Shown: positions 53,362-64,000 of the stretch, piece by piece
Layout of the letters: every line of letters starts with the position of its first letter
Position numbering within the stretch: position 1 is the first letter of the stretch
Source of the DNA: an uncultured delta proteobacterium
GTDB taxonomy: Bacteria; Desulfobacterota; Binatia; UBA9968
Direction: 5' to 3'
NCBI GenBank assembly: GCA_963847445.1
Contig: CAWJZV010000030.1
Location: 320,001 to 384,000, forward strand
DNA: 64,000 nucleotides
Program-made: the position numbers and the translations under genes
The notes under the pieces: generated by a model
Database searches by the model: none
Told to the model about the DNA's origin: nothing
What the model saw: only the letters and a program-made list of their open reading frames with translations

Positions 53362-53709
53362 TCAGGATCGGATCATCGTCAGAATCATTTTGAACCGCTT
53401 GAGCGCCTTGAGCGCGTGCGGCTGGCCGGCGGGCAGGAGAATCATCTCGCCGCCCTGCAACGGATGGGACTGGCTAGCAATCACGATCTCGGCCGCGCCT
53501 TCCACCACTTGCACCAGCGCATCGAACGGGGACGTGTGCTCACTCAAGCCTTGCCCTTCGTCAAACGCGAAAATAGTCACGCTACCCGTTGGCTTCTTGA
53601 TAATTTCACGGCTGACAACGGCGCCGTCCTGGTAGTTCACCAACCCGGCGGCCGTCGTGGCTTCGGCGCCGGCAAGTCCTTTGGGCTTGGATGGGGTTTC
53701 TGGTTGCAT
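53362..53709 (-). CDS. Cupin domain protein
   Basis: FAFDEGQGLSEHTSPFDA, PAGQPHAL. Confidence 0.88.
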   Translation of the reverse strand: MQPETPSKPKGLAGAEATTAAGLVNYQDGAVVSREIIKKPTGSVTIFAFDEGQGLSEHTSPFDALVQVVEGAAEIVIASQSHPLQGGEMILLPAGQPHALKALKRFKMILTMIRS

Positions 53710-54128
53710 GATTCTCCCTTTCACTAGGTTCATTAGTTGACGGTCGCCGGCTCTTTTACCGCGGAATAGCCCCGCCTTGGCCGCTCAGCTTTCCGGCTCT
53801 TTACTTGGCTGCGTATAGCCCAGAACGTCTCGGATTCGGATATTCCTCGGGCCACGGATGCCAATGTCGTAAGTGACGGGCCGAGGCCGGTCATCCCGAT
53901 GAGATGCGAGGGATATCGGAAAGATTTCTCCCTCGGTCGAAATGAGCTATTTCTCTTACCTTTGCGCGCTTTTGCTTGCCTTGCGCGAAATGTTCCGGGT
54001 CTAGGTTCTTTGTGCTTGCATGGGCGTCTCAATGATTTCGTCCGGCGCATGACGCATTCGCCGAGCGTCTGTGCAGCGATGATGCTATACTGGTGGCACA
54101 GCACACAGAGTTTTGACCAGTCAGCGCT

Positions 54129-54824
54129 TTACACAACCGTGCCAAACAGGGCTCCTATTCCTGCCGTTATTGCCATGGCCAGTGCTCCCCAGAATGTCAC
54201 GCGCACGGTTCCGGTCAGGATGCCCGCACCGCCGGCCTGAGCCGCCAGGGCACCTAAAAGCGCGAGAAAGAATAACGAAGTTCCTGTAACAAGGGCCACG
54301 AGGCTCGTGACAGGCGCGATCACAACGACGAGTAAAGGCAGCGCGGCACCCACTGCAAACGTGCCGGCGGAAGTAAATGCCGCCTGAACAGGCCGGGCAC
54401 TGATGGTTTCTGAAATGCCGAGTTCGTCCCGGGCATGTGCGGCAAGCGCGTCCTTAGCCATTAGTTGCTCTGCGACTTGGTTTGCCAGAGTCGGATCGAG
54501 ACCCCGTTTGACGTAGATAGCGGCAAGCTCCTTCTTCTCGTTGGATTCGTTGGCAGCGAGTTCACGCCGTTCACGTCCGATGTCCGCTTGCTCGGTGTCT
54601 GACTGAGAGCTGACCGAAACATATTCACCCGCAGCCATGGACATGGCTCCGGCAACCAAACCTGCGACACCTGCCACCAGTACCGCAGTATGTGTTGCAT
54701 TTGACGCGGCCACTCCAACAACCAGACTAGCGGTTGAGACAATGCCGTCGTTGGCGCCCAGAACGGCTGCGCGGAGCCAGCCTATATGTTGTGTACGGTG
54801 CCGCTCACGATGGACTATGGGCAT
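54129..54824 (-). CDS. VIT1/CCC1 family Fe/Mn transporter
   Basis: WLRAAVLGANDGIVS, SMAAGEYVSV, HARDELG. Confidence 0.95.
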   Translation of the reverse strand: MPIVHRERHRTQHIGWLRAAVLGANDGIVSTASLVVGVAASNATHTAVLVAGVAGLVAGAMSMAAGEYVSVSSQSDTEQADIGRERRELAANESNEKKELAAIYVKRGLDPTLANQVAEQLMAKDALAAHARDELGISETISARPVQAAFTSAGTFAVGAALPLLVVVIAPVTSLVALVTGTSLFFLALLGALAAQAGGAGILTGTVRVTFWGALAMAITAGIGALFGTVV

Positions 54825-55212
54825 GCTATTTTCCTATCCATAAAATTACTGCCGGAGTGAGATACGCTCCGGTCCACCTCACTATTACTCCAATCTTACT
54901 AACAGCTTTGCTTGATTTGAAGTAGCGGAGTCATACAATGCTCTCGCCTGAAGTGAACGTTAGGCTGAGTTCATTTTTTCTGTCAGGGAGGCGAAGGTTC
55001 GTATAGATGATTGCGAAAGTCGAAAAGCTCGTCGTTTCGCGGTGACACTGAAAAAGCGATGTTCATTTTAATATTTCACCGTAATTCGAGCGATTGCGCA
55101 GTTCAATTTTGGACGGCAATCAGAATAATTTATTCTCAGGACCGGTTAATTTATCTTGGCGAGACGAACGCGACTGAATACCGATCTTCTTAGAGGCCGA
55201 GGTTAGGATTGC

Positions 55213-56133
55213 TTACCCGCTTCCCTTCTCCCGCGGATGAAACTGTTGATGCACCTTCTTCAATCTTGCGCCGTCGACGTGGGTATATATCTGCGTCGTC
55301 GAAATATCGGCGTGGCCGAGCATGGTCTGCACTGAGCGCAAGTCGGCGCCGCCTTCGAGTAGGTGCGTAGCGAAGGAGTGGCGCAGGGTGTGCGGTGTGA
55401 CTCGTTTATCGATGCCGGCGATCAGGGCGTAGCGGCGGATGAGTTTCCAGAAGCCTTGGCGGCTCAGCGGTTTGCCGGAACGGTTGATGAAGACGAACGG
55501 ACTCAATTTCCCCTTGAGCAATCGCCGCCGGCCATCGGTCATGAAGGAGTTCAACTTTTCGCGCGCGTAATTGCCGAACGGCACGGCGCGCACTTTCGAG
55601 CCCTTACCTTTGATGATGACGTAGTTGCCCTGGAAATTGACCTGCTGTGTCTGCAATCGCACCAACTCCGACACCCGCAGGCCGGTGGCGTAGAGCAATT
55701 CGAACATCGCCTGGTCACGCGCGCCCAGCGGTTCGTTGGCGTCCGGCTGGTTGAGCAGGCATTGAATGTCCGCCGCCGAGAGCGTCTGCGGCAGCTTTCT
55801 CTGTCCCGGCGTCGGCAAGAGCGCCGGCATGGGATTTTCCTTGAGCAGGTTTTCGGTTTGGAGGAAGCGCAATAGCCGGCGCAGTGTCACCACATGGCGC
55901 GCGACGCTCTTTGGACTCAGTCCCTTGGCGCGCAGCGCGCCGACGTAGGCGCGAATATGGTTCGTGTCAACTTCGCGCCAGTCGGAAACCTTTTGCCCGA
56001 TAAGAAAGCCCGACAGCCCGGCGAGATCGCGGCTGTAAGCATCGAGGGTATTTTTCGCCAGCCCCTTCTCGACGGCGAGCATCGAGAGGAACGAGTCAAT
56101 GTACGGACTCAGCGAGTCGTTCGTTGGTAACAT
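55213..56133 (-). CDS. xerD: Site-specific tyrosine recombinase XerD
   Basis: LYATGLRVSEL, GKGSKVR, HTLRHSFATHLL, LGHADISTTQIY. Confidence 0.93.
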   Translation of the reverse strand: MLPTNDSLSPYIDSFLSMLAVEKGLAKNTLDAYSRDLAGLSGFLIGQKVSDWREVDTNHIRAYVGALRAKGLSPKSVARHVVTLRRLLRFLQTENLLKENPMPALLPTPGQRKLPQTLSAADIQCLLNQPDANEPLGARDQAMFELLYATGLRVSELVRLQTQQVNFQGNYVIIKGKGSKVRAVPFGNYAREKLNSFMTDGRRRLLKGKLSPFVFINRSGKPLSRQGFWKLIRRYALIAGIDKRVTPHTLRHSFATHLLEGGADLRSVQTMLGHADISTTQIYTHVDGARLKKVHQQFHPREKGSG

Positions 56134-58818
56134 TCTCTGGCGCCAGACTTTGGAAAAGCGAGCTTCTGACTTCCTCGACCCTTTCGGCCCCGGCGATTTT
56201 CTCGCCCGAGCTCTCGGTGACGTAAAAGACATCGGCCACTTGATCGACATTGGTCGAGATCTTAGCGACATGGATCGACAGTCCCAACCGATGCAAGTTA
56301 TGAGCTATGGTAAACAGCACGCCGATCCGATCATCGGTAAAAATCTCAACGACAGAAAAATCGTCCGATACGCGGTTGTCGATATTGATAACAGTGGATA
56401 CCTTGGGCGCGCGCTTGAGCAGGTAAAGCGAAGGTTTGGCCGCTTCGACCAGGCGGACGACATCGGCTATTGCCATCCAACACATTGTCCAAGACGGTTT
56501 TGAACTTGGCCCATTTCGCATCGGCCATGACCAGTTCCGGCCGGCCGCGATGCGAGATACGGAAGACGTCGAGAATGCGCCCGTCGCTGGCGGTAAAGAT
56601 CCGCGCGTTGAGAATATCGAGGTTGAGCGAGGTCAAGACGCCGGTGATGGAGGCGAACAGTCCGGGCCGGTCCTGGGTGCAGATTATCACCGAGCTACAG
56701 TTACGTTCAGGGAAATGTTCGACATAGGAGAGCGCGCCTTTACCGCGAAACTTCTCCATCAAAGCAAAGTGCTTGGGGATCTCAGCCTCGGAGGTGGAGA
56801 GGAAATACCGGTCGGGCATGGCGTCGATAAAATCATCGACCTTGGCCTCGGGTTGCGGCAGCGCGAGCAATTGGCGCCGGACGCGGCCTTGGATGCGCTG
56901 CAAGACGGCGCGCACGTCTGCGCGCGGGAACTCGCCCTTCTCGGCTTCTTCGAGGAGGTTCAAAGTTTTTACATAGAGCTCGCCCAGGAGCGAACCCTTC
57001 CAAGGATTCCAAACATCCGGCCCCACCGCTTTGACATCGGCGAAGGTCAGGAGATAGAGCATCTTCAAGTTGTTGACGCTACCCATGGTTTTCGCGAATT
57101 CAAAAATGGTTTTCTCGTCCTCGAGGTCGCGCCGCAGGGCGGTGTGGGTCATGAGCAGATGGTGGCGCACGAGAAACTCCACCAACGCGCCATCATCGGC
57201 ATTAAGCCCCATGCGCCGGGCGATCGGGCGCACCATGTTGGCGCCGACTTCCGAATGACCGCCGCCGAAACCCTTGCCGATGTCATGGAACATCATGCCC
57301 AGGTAGAGCAGCTCGATCTTTTCCGCCTCGCGCGCCACTTGCGTCAGCAAAGGCAGCGTCGCTTCGTAGATTGCCGGCGCGCAGCCGTTCGATCTCTTGA
57401 ATCAGCATGAGAGAATGCTCATCCACCGTGTAGGTGTGATAGGCGTCGTGCAACACCATGCACAGCAAGCGGCCGAATTCCGGGATAAACGCGCCGAGCA
57501 CGCCCGAGCGATGCATTTCCAAGAGCGTCTCATAGACGGAATCTTTCCATTCGAGAATCGCGAAAAACGGCTGGTTGGCGGCCGCCGAACAGCGAAACTC
57601 CTCGTCGATCAAGTCGATATGGCCGCGCAGTAGCTCGCGGGTCTCATGGCTCAAGCGGCAGCGATATTTCTGCCCATCATCGAACAGGCGGATCAAATTA
57701 CTCGGATCGTTTTTGAGCACCTCGGGTTTGGTCAGGGTGAGTTGACCTTTCGAAATGCGCACGCCTTCGCGCAGGGTGCGGCCGAAGGCCAATTTGTCGC
57801 TGAAGCGCGGCTTGTCGCAGTCGGTGACCCGGTGCACGATCAGATCCGAAATCCGGCAAATCTGCATGGCGTGCAAGTAGTACACGCGCATAAACACTTC
57901 GACGCCGCGCAGCGTTCCCTCGCTCTGAAATCCCAAGGCCTCGCTGACTTTTTCTTGCTGCTCGAAGGTCAGCTGGTCCTGATGCTTGCCGGTGGCAAAG
58001 TGCATTTCATTGCGCACTCGCAGAAGAAAATCCTGCGATTCCTTGAGACCGACCACGTCGGCTGCGCTGATCACGCCGTGATTGACGAGACCGTCTAATT
58101 CCTTGACCTTAAGTTGTGCGCGGGCGATCCAGCGGGCGGTCTGGACATCGCGTAATCCACCCAAACCCTCTTTGACCTCGGGTTCAAGCAAATAGACCGA
58201 TCCGCCATAGGTTTTGTGACGGACAATGCTTTCATTGAGCTTCTCACGAACGAATCGGCCGATTCCCTTCTTGAGCAATTTGTTGTCGAGGGTCTTGCTG
58301 AATTCGCCAAACAGCGGAAAATCGCCGCAGAGAAAGCGCGTGTCAAGCAATGCCGTGCGAATCTTCATGTCCGATTCGCCCAAGCGCACGCAATCGGAGA
58401 TGGTGCGCGTCGCGGGCCCGACCGCCAAACCCAAATCCCACAACGTGTGCAGCAAGCGTTCGTTGAGCGCTTGGACAAACGGATTGACCCGACCGTTGTG
58501 CAAAAATATTAAATCGATGTCGGAATAAGGACTTAGTTCGCCGCGGCCATACCCCCCTTGAGCGATCAAAGCCAGCCCGCCCCCCTGGCCGCGAAAGCGC
58601 GGCAGGAGTTCAGCGCCCAAGGAGCTAAACAAATAGCGGATGATATGATCCATCACCGTCGAGTAGGCCGCTGCGACTTCCATGCCGCCGGCGCCCTGAC
58701 GATGGCGCTCGAACAAAATGCGCCGGCCACGCTCCAGATAGCTCCGGCCCAGCGCTTTGAGGTTGACTTCGACCTGACTGTCTTGAAGTAAGGCTAATGA
58801 AATAGCGACTGCGTCCAT
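56096..58818 (-). CDS. glnD: [Protein-PII] uridylyltransferase (two frameshifts)
   Basis: GGYGRGELSPYSDIDL, HTYTVDEH, HDIGKG, ACT domains DRPGL / DRIGVL. Confidence 0.93.
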
Positions 58819-58826
58819 GATTGATA

Positions 58827-60229
58827 TTATAGCGGTTTGGCGATGGCGATCGACTGACCATATTTCTGAATGCCTTCGAACAGCGAGTTGGCCATGGCAT
58901 CTTGATTGTCCTCACGGCTCATCGCCGGTCCCTCGACGCGATGGGTGACGAAAAACATCTCCACCAAGACGCTCGGCATGCGCGCGCCGACCAGGACATA
59001 AAATAGCGCCGTCTTGACGCCGAGGTCGCGCACCTCGCCGACCGCTTTGGTCATGCCGCCGACCATCGACTGCTGCAAGCGGTGCGCTAGCGTGATCGAA
59101 TCCTCGAGTTTCATGTTCTGGGTCATGTCGCTGAGGATAAATTGCAAATCGGAGACCGGCTTGCGCGCGCCGCCGTTCTCTCGCGCCGCCAGCCGCAGCG
59201 CCGCTTCATCGCTGGTGTTGTTGAGATAATAGGTCTCGACGCCGCGCGCTTCGCCATTGGCGCTGGCGTTCGTATGCAACGAAATAAACAGATCGGCATT
59301 CTCGGCGTTGGCCCGATGGGTGCGGTCCTCCAAGGCGACGAAGCGGTCGTCATCGCGGGTCAAGACCACCTCGACGCCCATTTCATTCTTGAGCTTATGG
59401 GCGAGCTTCTTGGCGATGCTCAACACCAAGTCTTTCTCCATAATACCACCGACGCCGATGGCACCGGGATCTTTACCGCCATGGCCCGGATCGATGACGA
59501 TCTTGCGAATGCCGGTAGCGTTAGCCCAGCGGCAGCGGTCGCCTTATTGTCTCGCGAAGCACCGAGACGGGGAGATTTTTCCCCCTTGGCGGCCTCCTCC
59601 TTGACGGCTGCGCGCACCGGCGTCTGCTGCCCGTGTAAATCGATCACCAAACGATGCGGGTCGGGCAGCATGAACGCATTGTGATCGCGCAGGCTGGTTA
59701 GATCTAAGACCACGCGCACGACCTCAGCGCTGTATTGGCTGACGCGCACCTGACGCAACAGACGATCATCTACCGGCACCGGCACCGGCTCCTTTGAGTT
59801 CAGCGCCAAGCGCGCGCCGCGGATATCGACGTACATGCGCGGCGGTATGCCCTTGGCAGGATCGTCCTTGAGCCGGCGCACTTCGTATTGGGCGTCATGC
59901 GATAGCTCCAACATGACGCGGGTGAAATTTTTCCACGATAACAAACGCACGCCGGTGACTTGAACTTTATCCGCAGCGGCGGTCGACACCGTGCCTGAAG
60001 CCGCCGCGACAGCCATTGGCTTTTTGTCTTTCTCGACGGCGCGTAGCGGCGGCAGCGGTTGATTTTCTCCGCGCTTGGGCGAGCCCGATTGCGCATCGGT
60101 CGATAGCGACTGGCGCACCGCCGGAGCGCTGCGGACTTGCGCTGAAAGCTTGCTCTCAGAGCACAGCCACACTGCCGCCAATCCAACTAATCCGATGCTA
60201 ACCTGACTACCTAGCTTAATAACCATCAC
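58827..60229 (-). CDS. N-acetylmuramoyl-L-alanine amidase with AMIN domain (frameshift near 59520)
   Basis: VRVVLDL..RLVID (AMIN); IDPGHGGKDPGA, EKDLVL, FISLHTN, PSVLVE. Confidence 0.9.
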
Positions 60230-60251
60230 TATTACTCATGATTTCGGCCCA

Positions 60252-62827
<2,576 letters not shown>

Positions 62828-62832
62828 GGCGA

Positions 62833-63363
62833 TCAGGCGGAGCCGCTCCGCCCCTCGTCGAGCCGCCGTGTGGCGCGACTGGCCTTACCCGCCAAGCCGC
62901 CAAAGCGCCTGACCGCGCCATCGAGTTCGCGCACCAAGCTGCCGATACCCAGGGAAATTAAGAACTGGCGCTCCATGACATGGCGAATTTTCTGCCGGTC
63001 GCTGGTCAAGACGAATAGTTCTTCGCCGTCGGTGAGATAGCGCAGCGACTCCGGCGGCCGCGCCGCCGGGTCGGTTTGTTCCTGCAACGGCCGCAAGCAG
63101 CGACGGATCTTTTTCAGGCTAAAACCGTAGTGCGCCAGATCCTTGACCACCTTCAAGCAAACTAGATCGTGAAATGAATAAAGCCGCTTGGTGCCGCGCC
63201 CGCCGGCGAGCTTGATCGACGGCCGGAGAAAATTCTGCTCGTCCCAATATTGCAGCTGGCGCAGACTGACCCCGACAATGCGGCTAGCGGTCTTGCTATC
63301 GTAGGTATCCAAGTCGATGTCCAGATGGGTCAGGGTTGAGAATGGAAACAATAATGTTTTCAT
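62833..63363 (-). CDS. MerR family transcriptional regulator (start uncertain, possibly TTG 63312)
   Basis: [12 protein letters not shown]...[15 protein letters not shown]...GFSLKKIR. Confidence 0.85.
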   Translation of the reverse strand: MKTLLFPFSTLTHLDIDLDTYDSKTASRIVGVSLRQLQYWDEQNFLRPSIKLAGGRGTKRLYSFHDLVCLKVVKDLAHYGFSLKKIRRCLRPLQEQTDPAARPPESLRYLTDGEELFVLTSDRQKIRHVMERQFLISLGIGSLVRELDGAVRRFGGLAGKASRATRRLDEGRSGSA

Positions 63364-63393
63364 CAAAGTAAACGCAAGGTAGCGGGAAGTCAA
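63342..63393 (-). promoter_or_regulatory. Sigma70 promoter plus palindromic operator for MerR-mutS
   Basis: TTGACT-N17-TACTTT (63393-63365); ATGGAAACA-ATAA-TGTTTTCAT palindrome at 63342-63363. Confidence 0.55.
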
Positions 63394-63570
63394 CTAAAAG
63401 CCGCCGGCCGGCTTAGGCATTGCTGCTCTACTGAGCCAGTACAACAGCGACTCGCAAACTGTCATTTCGAGCGTAGCGAGAAATCTCGTCTTGATTGCAC
63501 ATCAGCGTTACCGATCACTGAAACCGCGTTTACTATTGAACGGGCACCGCCGATATGGTGAAGAGTAGCC

Positions 63571-64000
63571 ATGCCATTTCCCGCTAATCTGCTCGTCGGT
63601 ACTTCCAGCTGGTCGAGCAGCGACTGGCTGGGCTCATTCTATCCGGCGAACTTAAAACCCGGGCAGTTCATCGAGGCCTACGCGCGCAAATTTCCCGCGG
63701 TGGAGATCGACTCCACCTACTACAGCATCCCGCCGGCCCATGTGGTGGCGAGCTGGCGCGAAAAAACCCCGCCGGGATTTATCTTTACCGCGAAGATTCC
63801 CGGCGTGATTACCCACGAGAAGGTATTGAAAGATTGCCAGGCCGAGTTCACCAGCTTTCTCAACAACATTTCGCTTTTGGGCGACCGCTTAGGGCCGCTG
63901 CTGTTGCAGTTCCCCTATTTCAATCGCAACGCTTTTCCGTCGCGCCAGCCCTTCGACAAACTGCTCAAGCCGTTCCTGCAAAGTCTGCCGAAAGAGTTCA
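63571..64000 (+). CDS. DUF72 family protein (partial)
   Basis: VGTSSWS..DW.GSFYP, VEIDSTYY, FTAKIP..ITHE, LGPLLLQFP. Confidence 0.9.
   Translation, partial: MPFPANLLVGTSSWSSSDWLGSFYPANLKPGQFIEAYARKFPAVEIDSTYYSIPPAHVVASWREKTPPGFIFTAKIPGVITHEKVLKDCQAEFTSFLNNISLLGDRLGPLLLQFPYFNRNAFPSRQPFDKLLKPFLQSLPKEF

Noticed and set aside
54830-55000. yybP-ykoY Mn riboswitch upstream of VIT1
   Set aside because: A small hairpin exists, but the GGGGAGTAG and GAGACC consensus elements were not found; Infernal would settle it
55213-56133. Recombinase as the island's integrase
   Set aside because: Canonical XerD size and motifs, overlapping glnD in a core operon

Overview
GC-rich bacterial chromosomal segment. 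Gene content and repeat style suggest a deltaproteobacterial-type lineage such as Ca. Binatia (inference). It looks like an indel-prone long-read assembly: many core genes (trpS, mutS, glnD, rluB, moeB, lhr) carry 1-bp frameshifts. In order: methyltransferase (partial), NMT1-type SBP, Asp/Glu-racemase-fold protein + UbiD, dgkA, an orphan xanthine-dehydrogenase-family Mo subunit flanked by composite repeats, Lhr helicase, a decayed toxin-antitoxin/GT2 patch, a long minus-strand run (icd-mdh-sucCD-ndk-rlmN-mtnP-pfkB-GT2-ugd-uxs-epimerase-lepA-lepB-two small membrane proteins), a complete ccm System I operon, accessory genes next to tRNA-Arg(CCT), rhodanese-MoeB, S2P-trpS-scpAB-rluB, an xfp/cupin/VIT1 island with a scrambled xfp 3' end, MerR-mutS-amiC-glnD-xerD, and DUF72 (partial). 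No CRISPR, rRNA or intact transposase was seen. Best leads: (1) a ~200-bp TIR-less non-coding element inserted three times at the equivalent site (CACGAAG or a 1-nt variant) of a host palindromic repeat, with a 2-bp AG core (IS110-like behaviour, inferred); (2) an Rv1830/McdR-like MerR gene with a palindromic operator heading the mutS operon; (3) a terminator-like hairpin between the promoter and RBS of icd; (4) an xfp gene interrupted by cleanly excisable foreign fragments, probably an assembly artefact.
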